IMG/VR virus record: IMGVR_UViG_3300022200_000140
Span: 1-38,565 of that record
Source of the DNA: a virus
Taxonomy: Duplodnaviria > Caudoviricetes
DNA length: 38,565 nucleotides
Strand: one strand, 5' to 3'
The notes below the pieces were generated by a model. The model saw only the letters and a program-made list of their open reading frames with translations. It had not been told where the DNA came from and made no database searches. Positions 25,284-35,383 of this stretch are shown in pieces (position 1 is the stretch's first letter; each line of letters starts with the position of its first letter). The position numbers and the translations under genes are program-made.

Positions 25284-26893
25284 TGAAGATAAAACAAGAT
25301 AAGTCAATAACCGAGCAACATATCAAAAGATATAAGGCCGCTAAGAGTAAAAGGACAAACTGGGATGAACACTGGAGAGACGTTGCTAGATATGTTATCC
25401 CAAATAAAGAAAACGTCTTCGATTATAAGTCCAGAGCAAAAGGCGATAAGAAAGGTCTTCGACTCTATGACTCTTCAGCAGCTCATTTCAACGAATTGCT
25501 CGCGTCCGCTCTACACTCAATGCTCACAAATCCGTCAGTACAATGGTTTGAGCTTACGACGGGAAATAGAGAAATCGATAAGAACCCAAAAGTTAGAGAC
25601 TACTTACAGAAGACTGTTCGGCGTATCCATCAAATACTCAACAATACGAATTTCCAAACTGAAATCCACGAGCTCTATCTAGACCTTGGGTCTTTCGGTA
25701 CCGGGGCCATGTTAATAAGTGAAGATGATGAAAACATAATCACGTTCAGCTCAAGACCAATATACCAATTTTATATTGAAGAGAACTTCAAACACGAAGT
25801 GGATACATTTTTTATAGAAATGCCCATGAGTGCAAGACAGTTAATTCAAAAGTATGGCGAGGAAAATTTATCGGACAAGTTTTGCAAAATTTGCAAGGAA
25901 AAACCGGACGATACGCATAACGTCATAATGATGGTCACTCCAAACACTGACCGTGACATAAAACGAAAAGACTCTAAAGGTAAAATATATAGCTCCCTCC
26001 ACATATACGAGAAGGAAGGACTTATATTAAAAGAAGGTGGCTTTGATGAGTTCCCTGCAGTATTCCCTAGATGGATGAAAGACTCCATGGAAGTATACGG
26101 TCGATCTCCTGGTATGAAAGCACTTCCAGAGATTAAGATGATCAACGCTATGATGAGAACGATTATTCGTGCAGCTCAAAAAATGGTTGATCCCCCTCTT
26201 ATGATTCCTGATGATAGCTTCATGAATTTCAATACAAAGCCAGGTGGATTAAACCCATATAGATCGGGAACACAAGATAAGGTGTACCCAATAGAGATTA
26301 GAGGACAAATCGGAATAGGGATGGAAATCCTTCGTGATACTAGAGAAAGGATTAAAGAGTCTTATTTCATAGATCAACTTCAACTTCGTGAAGGTCCACA
26401 AATGACCGCCACTGAAGTAAATGCTAGGACCGATGAACATTTACGTTTATTAGGACCGATCTTAGGAAGACTCCATTTTGAACTACTCCAACCATTAATA
26501 GTGAGAATTTTGGGTATATTAAAACGTAAAGGTGAATTACCTGACAATCCTCCTCAAGAATTACAAGGTCAAGGGATTGAAGTCTTTTATTCTTCTCAAA
26601 TTGCAAAAGCTCAGAAAATGTCTGAAGGAAATAACTGGAATAGATTCTTATCTTCGGTCGCTCCACTTGCGGAATTTGATCCTAGTGTAATGGATAATTT
26701 AGATTTAGATGGGGTAGTAGCCTACTTAGCGGATATTTATGGCTCCCCTCAAGATACTATGAAGGAACCTAAAGAAGTTAAAAAAATAAGACAAGCTAGG
26801 GAACAACAACAACAAGAAATGCAGCAAGCCCAAATGGATCAAGCTCAAGCTGACACTATGGATACAACGGCGAGCGCAGTAAGTAAGGTGTAG
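25283..26893 (+). CDS. Portal (head-tail connector), T7 gp8/BPP-1-like
   Basis: YDSSA....LASAL...LT.P...WF.L, FGTG, RW....EVYGRSP...ALP, MTATEV..R..E....LGP..GRL..E.L.PLI. Confidence 0.95.
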   Translation: MKIKQDKSITEQHIKRYKAAKSKRTNWDEHWRDVARYVIPNKENVFDYKSRAKGDKKGLRLYDSSAAHFNELLASALHSMLTNPSVQWFELTTGNREIDKNPKVRDYLQKTVRRIHQILNNTNFQTEIHELYLDLGSFGTGAMLISEDDENIITFSSRPIYQFYIEENFKHEVDTFFIEMPMSARQLIQKYGEENLSDKFCKICKEKPDDTHNVIMMVTPNTDRDIKRKDSKGKIYSSLHIYEKEGLILKEGGFDEFPAVFPRWMKDSMEVYGRSPGMKALPEIKMINAMMRTIIRAAQKMVDPPLMIPDDSFMNFNTKPGGLNPYRSGTQDKVYPIEIRGQIGIGMEILRDTRERIKESYFIDQLQLREGPQMTATEVNARTDEHLRLLGPILGRLHFELLQPLIVRILGILKRKGELPDNPPQELQGQGIEVFYSSQIAKAQKMSEGNNWNRFLSSVAPLAEFDPSVMDNLDLDGVVAYLADIYGSPQDTMKEPKEVKKIRQAREQQQQEMQQAQMDQAQADTMDTTASAVSKV

Positions 26894-26894
26894 G

Positions 26895-27218
26895 ATGGAC
26901 GAACAGCAAAAGGAAATGGCCCAGGCAAAAGTAAGCCTGGTGCAAGATTATTTACACCTATTCGATAGTGATGAGGGGAAGAGAGTTCTCCTCGATCTTA
27001 TGGAAAAGGGCCACATTTTAAAACCAACTTCCTCAGTAAACGGTGATAGGCACTCAATACTAAATGAAGGCAAGCGGGAACTTGTCCTCTATATAATGGA
27101 TATGGTCACTTATAATGTGGAAGACATTATGGATTTAATAGGAACACAGACACAAAAAACAAAAAAAGGAGGAAGTAGTGAGGAAAATGAAAAACTTTTC
27201 AATTATTTCGATGATTAA
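26895..27218 (+). CDS. Conserved post-portal protein (Bbp19-like)
   Basis: Y..LF.SDEGKRVL.DL and NEGKRELVLYI motifs. Confidence 0.8.
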   Translation: MDEQQKEMAQAKVSLVQDYLHLFDSDEGKRVLLDLMEKGHILKPTSSVNGDRHSILNEGKRELVLYIMDMVTYNVEDIMDLIGTQTQKTKKGGSSEENEKLFNYFDD

Positions 27219-28110
27219 GAATGAAAGAGGAAGCTTCATGGGCAGCGGCAGCGAAGGTGGCGGTGATTCTGGTGATGGCGGCGGTGATTCAGGTGGAGAT
27301 CTTGGTACTGGTGGCGGTGAACCAGGCGGGATCGAATATTCATACCCTGAAGGATTTGATGAAACACTTAAAGGAAATGCTACCCTTTTAAAGTTTGCAG
27401 ACGATAAAGGCCAATTTAACGTACCTAAAATAATGAAATCTTTGGTTCATGCTACTGGTATGATTGGTAAAGATAAGGTAACACTTCCAGACGAAACTTG
27501 GACAGAAGACCAGTACAGCGATCTTTACAATAAGTTAGGTCGTCCGGCAGATATAAAAGAATATGGCGTTGAAAACAATGTGCCCGATAACATTGAGGCT
27601 AATAAAGAGTTTTTTGATAGTTTTAAAGATGCTGCTTATACTGCTGGTCTAGCACCAAAACAGGCGCAGGCAATGTCCAACTTCATGAATGATTTTCTTG
27701 GACAATCCGTGGCAAAAAATAATGAAATGTCTCAAATCGCATATAATGCAGACTTAACTTCTCTTAAGAACGAGTGGGGCGATGCCTACGAAAGAAAGAC
27801 TCAGCGGGCTTTTTCAGCTTTAGAGCAATTTGCATCTAAAGAAGAAATCGCAGGAATGAAGTCAAAAGGACTTTTGGACAGCTCTTTAGTAACTAAGCTG
27901 TTCGATAAAGTGGCCGAAGGAATGTCCGAGGATTCTCTTCAAGTAAAAGGCGGGAATACTTTTGGACTTACTTCAACCGAAGCTGCTTCAGAAATAGAAA
28001 AATACTACGTGAAAGGACACCCTTTCATGACTCAAGGACACCCAGAAAGAAAATTTTACCAAGAAAAGATGATGAAACTACAAAGAATCAAATTAGCTGG
28101 TAGAAGATAG
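27187..28110 (+). CDS. Capsid scaffolding protein
   Basis: Located between portal and capsid. Contains Y.KLGRP....Y, GL...QA, L..EWG..Y and HP motifs plus a Gly-rich N-terminal linker. ATG 27187 follows GAGG. Confidence 0.85.
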   Translation: MKNFSIISMIKNERGSFMGSGSEGGGDSGDGGGDSGGDLGTGGGEPGGIEYSYPEGFDETLKGNATLLKFADDKGQFNVPKIMKSLVHATGMIGKDKVTLPDETWTEDQYSDLYNKLGRPADIKEYGVENNVPDNIEANKEFFDSFKDAAYTAGLAPKQAQAMSNFMNDFLGQSVAKNNEMSQIAYNADLTSLKNEWGDAYERKTQRAFSALEQFASKEEIAGMKSKGLLDSSLVTKLFDKVAEGMSEDSLQVKGGNTFGLTSTEAASEIEKYYVKGHPFMTQGHPERKFYQEKMMKLQRIKLAGRR

Positions 28111-28117
28111 TACGTAC

Positions 28118-28146
28118 AAGTAGGCGCTCCCACGTCTACTTTTTTT
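28118..28146 (+). terminator. Intrinsic terminator after scaffold gene
   Basis: aagtaggcg-ctccca-cgtctactt hairpin followed by a T-run. Confidence 0.75.
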
Positions 28147-28147
28147 C

Positions 28148-28177
28148 TTGACACTGGCGGGCATGACCCTTTAAACT
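28148..28177 (+). promoter_or_regulatory. Sigma70-like promoter for the major capsid gene
   Basis: TTGACA-18 bp-TAAACT immediately after the terminator. Confidence 0.6.
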
Positions 28178-28313
28178 GGAATTACATCCTCTACAGGAAA
28201 CTCCTTACGGACCCAATAATGGTAGAGATTAGGTAGAACCCTTTTGGACACTTCTCCGAGATAAATGTTTTATTTAATTTTTTATTATTAACCAGGGCAA
28301 GGAGAACTACCCC

Positions 28314-29303
28314 ATGAAATTACTAAATATGTTAATCAGTTTCTTCAATATGTTAGGTCAAAGAGGATCTTTCGAAATTGATGAAGCTTTTGTTGAAACG
28401 TACAAATCAAACATCTATATGCTTTCTCAGCAAATGGATGCCAGACTAGCTAGAAGCTGTCGTCAAGAACAACAAGGTGGAGAGACAGATTACTACGAGA
28501 GATTAGGTCTAGCGGAAGCTAACAAGATTACTGATCGTCACGGTGATACTGTTCACTCAAACACTCCTCACACAAGAAGAGCTGTAGATCTTGAAGAAGC
28601 AGATTACTCTGATCTTATCGATAAGATGGATAGAGTTAAATTACTTATCAACCCAGACGATGCTTATGTTAAAGCTGCTGTTATGGGTATCAATAGATAC
28701 AAAGATGATGTTTGGATCGCGGCTGCTCTTGGTAATGCAAGAAGCGGGAAGAAAGGAACAGTTAATGTTGCACTTTCTTCAGGCCAAAGAATCGGAGCTA
28801 CAAACGGTACAGCTTCAAGTGGGCTTAACGTTTTCACTCTTACTATCGCTCTTGAAAAATTTGATTCAAACGATGTTGATGAAGATATCCCTAAGTACCT
28901 TGCTTACTCTGGTAAACAAAAGCAAAACTTATTGAATGAAACAGAAGTTACCTCTGCAGATTACAATACTGTAAGAGCTTTAGTTCATGGTGAAGTAGAT
29001 ACTTTCATGGGATTTAAATTCCTTAGATCTGAAAGACTTCCGGTCACCTCTGCTTCTATTACATCATTTGTTGCTGCTACAGGAGCAATCACTGGTGGGT
29101 CTGATACGATCGCCGCTGGAGCAAGAAGATGTATTGCTTGGGCCGAAGATGGAATGATCTTTGCAACTGGTATCGATATGATCGTTAGAGTTGATGAACT
29201 TCCAACTAAGAGATATTCAACTCAAGTATATGCTGCTCACCAAGTTGGTGCTGTACGTATGGAAGAAGAAAAAGTTGTTGAGATTCTTTGTTTAGAAGCA
29301 TAA
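28314..29303 (+). CDS. Major capsid protein (BPP-1/T7-supergroup-like)
   Basis: SFEI..AFV..Y..N...L.QQ...RL, TPH.RR, D..D....LI.P, S.DY.....L..G....FMGF.F, GA.R.EE.KVV. AAGGAG RBS. Confidence 0.93.
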   Translation: MKLLNMLISFFNMLGQRGSFEIDEAFVETYKSNIYMLSQQMDARLARSCRQEQQGGETDYYERLGLAEANKITDRHGDTVHSNTPHTRRAVDLEEADYSDLIDKMDRVKLLINPDDAYVKAAVMGINRYKDDVWIAAALGNARSGKKGTVNVALSSGQRIGATNGTASSGLNVFTLTIALEKFDSNDVDEDIPKYLAYSGKQKQNLLNETEVTSADYNTVRALVHGEVDTFMGFKFLRSERLPVTSASITSFVAATGAITGGSDTIAAGARRCIAWAEDGMIFATGIDMIVRVDELPTKRYSTQVYAAHQVGAVRMEEEKVVEILCLEA

Positions 29304-29320
29304 TCAACAAATAATTAGTA

Positions 29321-29345
29321 ACGGTGGTTTCTAGGAGCTGCCGTA
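29321..29345 (+). other. Intergenic stem-loop after capsid gene
   Basis: acggtggtt...agctgccgt pairs with G-U wobble pairs. There is no U-tract, so it may be a stabiliser or processing site. Confidence 0.45.
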
Positions 29346-29373
29346 AACTTAAATTTTAAATTGGAGAAATATT

Positions 29374-29835
29374 ATGGCATCTTTATCTGGTGTAAATTAT
29401 ACAAAAGAAACTGCCTCACCAAAGGCAAAAATTGAGAATGGCGAGGTTTTCGGATCTGTTCATTACCTTAGAGAAGAGTACGCTTTAGCTGGTGCAGTAC
29501 TTGCTATCGGCGATACTATCACTGGTCCAATGCTACCAAAAGGCGCAAGAGTTCTTGATGCAGCTGTTAAGATTGATGCTACTTTAGGTACTGGCGGGAT
29601 TCTAGATCTTGGATACCAAGCTTCTGCTGATGGACTTGAAGTTGCTGATCCTAACGCATTTGTTCTTCAAGCTGATGGTGGTGGTGCTGCTGTTTTAGCG
29701 AAAGCTGCTATCGGAAGTGCTGGTCTTGATAAGAAGTTTCTAGCGGCTGTTAGAACTGAAGCGATCATGACTGAAGCCTCTACAGCAACAACTGGTGTAA
29801 CAATCAGTTTTTGGATTACTTACGTAATTAATTAA
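29374..29835 (+). CDS. Capsid decoration/cement-like virion protein
   Basis: Directly after the capsid gene, GGAG RBS, Ala/Gly-rich beta protein with GD.I....LP.GARV.D and LDLG motifs. Confidence 0.65.
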   Translation: MASLSGVNYTKETASPKAKIENGEVFGSVHYLREEYALAGAVLAIGDTITGPMLPKGARVLDAAVKIDATLGTGGILDLGYQASADGLEVADPNAFVLQADGGGAAVLAKAAIGSAGLDKKFLAAVRTEAIMTEASTATTGVTISFWITYVIN

Positions 29836-29842
29836 TTAATAT

Positions 29843-29860
29843 GGGAGAGGAAACTCTCCC
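29843..29860 (+). terminator. Hairpin/terminator after head genes
   Basis: gggagag-GAAA-ctctccc stem with a GNRA loop, extendable by atat/tatat. Confidence 0.6.
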
Positions 29861-29876
29861 TATATAAAAGGTTTTA

Positions 29877-30461
29877 ATGGCAACATCTAAGATAGATATC
29901 TGTAATTCTGCGCTCTCTAAAATAGGCGTAGAGAAGATAGCGTCTTTTGCCCAAACATCTAAAGCCTCTGTCCTTTGTAATCTCCAGTATGACAAAATAC
30001 GTAGGAAAGTTCTTCGTGAACACTTATGGAATTTTGCTGTAAAAAGAGCTTCATTGGCCAAACTTGTAGCCGTTCCCTTATTTGGGTATGGAGCTGCATT
30101 TCAATTGCCCGCAGATAACCTTTTACCTATTGAAGTCGATATCGACGACGATTGGGAAGAAGAGGGTCAAACCATTCTGATAAATAGTTCTACTTGCCAA
30201 CTAAAATACATATATGATGTGACCGATGTTTCACTTTTTGACGTTGTTTTTGAGGAAGTTCTTGCCTACATGCTGGCTGCTGAACTTGCTTACCCGTTAA
30301 AACAAAGCACCGGGCTTAGTGAATCTATGGCGGTAAAAGCCGACCTTGCTTTACGTAACGGAAGATTCTACGATGCTAAGATTGGAAGAACAAGTAAAAC
30401 TAGAAAGCTCCAAGCCGATGTGTGGCTTGATGCTAGAGTAACTGGATTGGATGCGGATTAA
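29877..30461 (+). CDS. Tail tubular protein A (adaptor, T7 gp11-like)
   Basis: IC N.AL.KIG...I, Y...R..VLR.H.WNFA.KR..L, FQLP.D, F...LA..LA.ELA.PL. Confidence 0.88.
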   Translation: MATSKIDICNSALSKIGVEKIASFAQTSKASVLCNLQYDKIRRKVLREHLWNFAVKRASLAKLVAVPLFGYGAAFQLPADNLLPIEVDIDDDWEEEGQTILINSSTCQLKYIYDVTDVSLFDVVFEEVLAYMLAAELAYPLKQSTGLSESMAVKADLALRNGRFYDAKIGRTSKTRKLQADVWLDARVTGLDAD

Positions 30462-32746
30462 TGACAAAATTTACCACGGTTTACAATAACTTTTCAGGCG
30501 GAAAGGTTTCTGAGAAATTTAAGGGTCGTTTCGACTTGCCTGCCTACCAAAATGGCCTAGAAGAAATGGACAACATGCTCCCTGATAAGATAGGTGGGGC
30601 CTTTAAAAGAACTGGTACAATTCAGATCGCTGACATTACTTCTACATTGGCTTCTACGTCAGGGAATGCGTATCGTCCTAGCTATAGAGGGATACCCTTT
30701 CAAGCCGGGGACGGTGAAAGTTACATAATTTATCTAACCTCCCATACTATAACGATGGCAAATTTCGCCACCTACTTACATATTTTCCATAATGATCGTA
30801 CTAAAGCTGCCAACATTTACGGTGCCACAGAAATAACCGCTAGAGATAGGGGTGATACATGGACTCCAAATACAGCTACCCTTAGTACTTTCGGCGGAAA
30901 TCATGCTTGGAATTATTGCCAGGTAGGGGATTTACTTTTTCTTACCCACGTTTCGGGGGAGCAACGTCCTTTAGTAATTACTAGAACGGCGGTAGATGCT
31001 TTCGATATAAATTATGTTGATCAATACACTACCAATAATGCGGGTATGAGTCAGACTTTACTGGTTCCTATGAGTGAACCAAATCTTAGTGCTATTACAT
31101 TAACCCTTGTTGGGTCTACGCTTACTGCCAGTGCAGCTCTTTTTAATTCCTCAATGTCCTCAAGCCAGACACTTTTTGCGGTAGAATCTGCCGGGTCGAC
31201 AAGAGTATTAATAGTAACGGCGATAACCTCCACTACAATAGTTACTGTTTCCAATGTTATTGGTTCAGGAGATATCACGGCCACTGATGATTGGAGAGAA
31301 TCACTATGGAGAAATCCTACTAATGCTACCCTTTCTATTGTTGGACATGGTTGGCCCAAATCAGTAGCATATCAAAATCAAAAACTATTATGGGGAGGGA
31401 ACTTAAGCTTCCCCGATACAGTATGGGCTTCCTTAACAGGAAATTTATTCCACCTAAATTCAGTTAGGCTTACCCAGGATGCCTCCACTGATTCATCAGG
31501 GCTTAACTTCTTTGGCGAGCTCCAAGTGGGTACGGATCCTTTCTCCCTTCCGGTAGGTTCTACCGAGTCAAATGCTATCCAATGGATGACAGGCGGCAGA
31601 GTTCTAACAGTCGGAACTACAGGTGGAGAGTACCTAATAAAAAATATTGGGTTGGATACCCTTACCATTGAAGCAAACTCAAACTACGGCTCTTCATCAT
31701 ACCAAGCTATTCGAATGGGTAAAGATATCGTATTCGCAGGGGCCACACGAAGAAACTTTAGAACTTATAGATATTCCGATGAAAACGGATCGTGGGTTTC
31801 TGATGATTTATCCGTAAAACTAGATGATTTCAATGATGGTAACTTCACAAGTACGCCTTACTCTAAAAACGTGCTGGATTTTACATGGAACGCTGAACAT
31901 AAATTACTATTCGTTGCTATGAGCAACACTCTATACGTACTAGGTAATGATCCTGAATATGGCATAAATGGCTGGTCCACTGTCACTCTAGGTATAGAAA
32001 CGGGACATACTACTTCCGTAATATCGGTCACTAGTCTTAAAAACACCATTGGAGATATTGAAGAAGTATTCCTACTGGTTAGAAGAAATGATGGTTCTTC
32101 TGATTCCTACTTTATTGAAAAACTAACGATCCCTTATTATGAAACTAGTTTGAAAATAGACCCATACGTATACTCATCAACAACTGGTTATTACAACAGT
32201 ATGAACAACATGCCTAGGTTTTTGGACTTAGCTGTGCATGAACAAGCAGATGGTTCCGGTATTGTCACTGGTTTAGATGTGGCTTTCATTGGCAGGGTAG
32301 TTACGGCCACTTATTTCAGCACCACCACCTTTGGGTACGTTGATGATATCGATATCATTACAGATGGTGCTGGTGGGTCTAAATTAGACTACACTTTTGC
32401 TGCCTCAGAATACGTTATATTTGGCTACAAATATGTCTCCAATATTAAGACATTACCTCCTGAAGCTGGGGGACAATTCGGCTCATCTATGGGGGATATT
32501 AAGCAGATCCATGAATCCTACTTAAAACTTTATAGAACTAAGAATTTCTCTATAGGGTCTATTGATAAACGAAGCCAAACTGACCTTTCTTTTGAAGATG
32601 TAGAATATGATGACCTAACCACGACCGACCAAAGGATTCAGTTAATGGATAATCCGGATACGGATGGGCAAATTGTGATTAGAAGTACTACCCCAACACC
32701 ACTTAACATATTAGCGTTAGTGAGTAAGGGGATAGCTTATGATTAA
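30461..32746 (+). CDS. Tail tubular protein B (nozzle, T7 gp12-like)
   Basis: NFSGG..S....GR.DL..Y..G.....N......GG...R.GT, GWP......Q.L.WGG....P..VW.S..G, L.VGT.GGEY. Confidence 0.88.
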   Translation: MTKFTTVYNNFSGGKVSEKFKGRFDLPAYQNGLEEMDNMLPDKIGGAFKRTGTIQIADITSTLASTSGNAYRPSYRGIPFQAGDGESYIIYLTSHTITMANFATYLHIFHNDRTKAANIYGATEITARDRGDTWTPNTATLSTFGGNHAWNYCQVGDLLFLTHVSGEQRPLVITRTAVDAFDINYVDQYTTNNAGMSQTLLVPMSEPNLSAITLTLVGSTLTASAALFNSSMSSSQTLFAVESAGSTRVLIVTAITSTTIVTVSNVIGSGDITATDDWRESLWRNPTNATLSIVGHGWPKSVAYQNQKLLWGGNLSFPDTVWASLTGNLFHLNSVRLTQDASTDSSGLNFFGELQVGTDPFSLPVGSTESNAIQWMTGGRVLTVGTTGGEYLIKNIGLDTLTIEANSNYGSSSYQAIRMGKDIVFAGATRRNFRTYRYSDENGSWVSDDLSVKLDDFNDGNFTSTPYSKNVLDFTWNAEHKLLFVAMSNTLYVLGNDPEYGINGWSTVTLGIETGHTTSVISVTSLKNTIGDIEEVFLLVRRNDGSSDSYFIEKLTIPYYETSLKIDPYVYSSTTGYYNSMNNMPRFLDLAVHEQADGSGIVTGLDVAFIGRVVTATYFSTTTFGYVDDIDIITDGAGGSKLDYTFAASEYVIFGYKYVSNIKTLPPEAGGQFGSSMGDIKQIHESYLKLYRTKNFSIGSIDKRSQTDLSFEDVEYDDLTTTDQRIQLMDNPDTDGQIVIRSTTPTPLNILALVSKGIAYD

Positions 32747-32758
32747 CGGGAGAATATA

Positions 32759-33202
32759 ATGGCAATTCCTTTAGTAGCGGCAATGGCGGGAACGACTATA
32801 TCCGCATGGGGTAAATACAAAGCGGGTGAAGCTGAAGCAGGGGCTTTTAAGGGTTCTGCAATAGCCAAACGTAGGGCAGCAAAAGACTTAATTAAAAGAT
32901 CAGATATGAACTCTGAGTTCACTAGGTTATCTGGTGAAACATTCAAGGGTAAACAGATAGGGGCCTTAGCTGATTCTGGTATCGATGTTGGATCCGGTTT
33001 CGCCCTTGCAGTACTGGAAGACACTGGTAAAAAAATAGAAAGACAAATACTGGTTGACGAAATGGAGGCCGAAGCCCAGAGAGACATGCTCCTATTGGAA
33101 GCGGATCTCGATTGGGATAGAGCAAAAGCAGCAGACACGGCCGGAAAAATGAGCGCATTCAGTTCCATGGCCGGCGGGTTTATGAGCGCAGGAGCTAAAT
33201 AG
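32759..33202 (+). CDS. Small internal virion (ejection) protein, T7 gp14-like position
   Basis: Ala/Gly-rich hydrophobic ends and a 'G.Q....A.SG.D.GSG....V' motif. Confidence 0.7.
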   Translation: MAIPLVAAMAGTTISAWGKYKAGEAEAGAFKGSAIAKRRAAKDLIKRSDMNSEFTRLSGETFKGKQIGALADSGIDVGSGFALAVLEDTGKKIERQILVDEMEAEAQRDMLLLEADLDWDRAKAADTAGKMSAFSSMAGGFMSAGAK

Positions 33203-35383
33203 ATGGCACGAATACCTACATTATCGGATGCTCCTAGAGTATCTACCAGAGCGAACATATCTCCCACTCAAAGACCTGGAGAGGCAGGAGCTGGTTTTAG
33301 ACAAGTATCACAAATAGCTGGTCAAATGGGTGAAGGTTTAATGAATCTTAGGAGGAAGCAAATAGCTGAGTCCAATAAGGTAGCTTATACTAAATCCAAT
33401 ATTGAACTCTCTAAAAACTTCAATGATCTTGATAGAGAAATGGAAGAAGAATACAGATCTAACAAACCAAACTTCGACGGGTACGCTGAAGATGGAATGG
33501 AACGATTGAATCAGAGAAGGGATTCTATTTTAGAAAAGGCTCCTGAATCTGCTAGAGACTCGATAAACCTGGCATTTGATGAGAAAATGGCAAAGATGGA
33601 GAGTAGATTTCAAAATAAAGAATCTTTCCAAAAATCACAATACGCTACCTTTGAAACCAAGAATCAACTTAAGTTAGCTTCTCAGGACTCGTACCAAACG
33701 GCAGATCCTATTGAAGTAATGAATAAGATGAATAATCTAGCGGTATCCGTAGAAAGTTCTTCCCTATTCGATGCTAGGGGTAAAGCAGTACTACGTAACC
33801 AGATAAACGAACTACCTAAAGATATGTTGAATGGTGTCCTTGATAGGGAAAATACCGCTGAAATGAAGGAAGTTCTAGATTCTATGGATGATCCTGTTAT
33901 GGGAAGAGTCTATGGACAAATGGATCCTAAAGTAGTTACCAAAGCTAAAACTAGCCTTGAACGTAAACTTAAGTATAAGGAAACCGAAGGGATTAATGAA
34001 GTAAAAGGTAAATATTCTGACGGGATTACTGGTCTGAGTATGGGTACTTTAAAGCCTAAAAACCCAGAACATAAACAAATACTAACCAATTTAAAAAATG
34101 AAATCGGCACCAAGATGGGTGAGTCTGGTCGGGAGTTAATAGCTAATATCGAGGCGCACGAAGCAGCTTCTAATTTATTAAGCGAACATGCTTTCGACGT
34201 ACATAAGGTTGACTCGAAGGTTTCTGCCTCAGAAATATCTTCTGGTATCAGCGACCCCCTTCAACAAGCTGCCAGTAAAGGTAGGGTCGGTAAGATCATA
34301 GAGTCTCAAAGACAAACTATGTTGAAAGACATGAAAGATGATCCTGCTAATTACATAGCTAAAAACGATTCTGGTGTAGCTTTAAGTGCTAGAGAGATGG
34401 TGGCAACAAAAAACCCTAGAGCTTACAATGACATGATGAACGCTATGAACTCAAGATATGATCAGATGGGAACTCCTGTAAATCAAAGAGAGTTCATGTC
34501 AGCACCTATAAAGAACCACTTTGAAGGATCTTTTAAAACATTTATTACTAATGGTGATCATAAAAGTGCTGAAGCTCTTATCGCTGATTTCGACACTATG
34601 ACAAACGGTGCCGGGCACAAACACTTTGACGAATTAGATATTCCAAAAGAATACGCTGTAGTTTCCGAATTACCTGATAAGCAAGATAGATTAAACGCTG
34701 TGAAAAACTTGATGGATACTGAACTTAAAGGAGCTTACGATCTAAGAAGATTGGACTCAAATTTAAAAGAGGGAGATATCAAAGTTGATCTTTCGAGACA
34801 TCCTATCCTAGAAGCGATGTCCGTACAAGATGGCGGTACTAGGGCTGGGGCTCAACATACTAAAGCTATGTACGATACCGTTTATAATGAGTACAAAAGA
34901 GTAGTTGTGACCAACCCTAATATGGATCACAAGACAGCTATTAAAGAAGCCTGGAAAGGTTTCGAGAAAAGGTACGTTACCCTTAAATCAAGGGGAGGCA
35001 CTATACCTATAAGCAGAAAACATAATACTGTTAACACTCAGAATTTTATAGATACATACACATCGGGTGCAGATTTCACTAAGGATTTTGACATTAGGTT
35101 GCCGAAAAAACCAAGCGGGATTTCTACTACTAAAGAAGAAATGAACGATTCCTTAAAAACAGAGGGTCGTTGGGTCTATAACCGTAAAGCCGAGGGACTT
35201 ACCTTAATGGGTAGGAACGATCTTGGGAGGTATGGCCCTGTTTTTGATAATAAGGGGAAACCTGTAATAAGAACTTTTGAACAAATAAATAATGAAGTCT
35301 ACACAAACGATGTGAAAAAAGAGAAAGCAAGAAAGTTTGATGAGTTTGTGAAAAAACGTAGCGGTAGAGGGAGAGATCTGTAA
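33203..35383 (+). CDS. Internal virion (ejection) protein
   Basis: MARIPT start typical of this position, long alpha-helical protein, 726 aa. Confidence 0.7.
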   Translation: MARIPTLSDAPRVSTRANISPTQRPGEAGAGFRQVSQIAGQMGEGLMNLRRKQIAESNKVAYTKSNIELSKNFNDLDREMEEEYRSNKPNFDGYAEDGMERLNQRRDSILEKAPESARDSINLAFDEKMAKMESRFQNKESFQKSQYATFETKNQLKLASQDSYQTADPIEVMNKMNNLAVSVESSSLFDARGKAVLRNQINELPKDMLNGVLDRENTAEMKEVLDSMDDPVMGRVYGQMDPKVVTKAKTSLERKLKYKETEGINEVKGKYSDGITGLSMGTLKPKNPEHKQILTNLKNEIGTKMGESGRELIANIEAHEAASNLLSEHAFDVHKVDSKVSASEISSGISDPLQQAASKGRVGKIIESQRQTMLKDMKDDPANYIAKNDSGVALSAREMVATKNPRAYNDMMNAMNSRYDQMGTPVNQREFMSAPIKNHFEGSFKTFITNGDHKSAEALIADFDTMTNGAGHKHFDELDIPKEYAVVSELPDKQDRLNAVKNLMDTELKGAYDLRRLDSNLKEGDIKVDLSRHPILEAMSVQDGGTRAGAQHTKAMYDTVYNEYKRVVVTNPNMDHKTAIKEAWKGFEKRYVTLKSRGGTIPISRKHNTVNTQNFIDTYTSGADFTKDFDIRLPKKPSGISTTKEEMNDSLKTEGRWVYNRKAEGLTLMGRNDLGRYGPVFDNKGKPVIRTFEQINNEVYTNDVKKEKARKFDEFVKKRSGRGRDL

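Noticed and set aside
29260-29373. T7 10A/10B-style capsid frameshift
   Set aside because: No in-frame X XXY YYZ slippery heptamer was identified, and the next gene has its own RBS.
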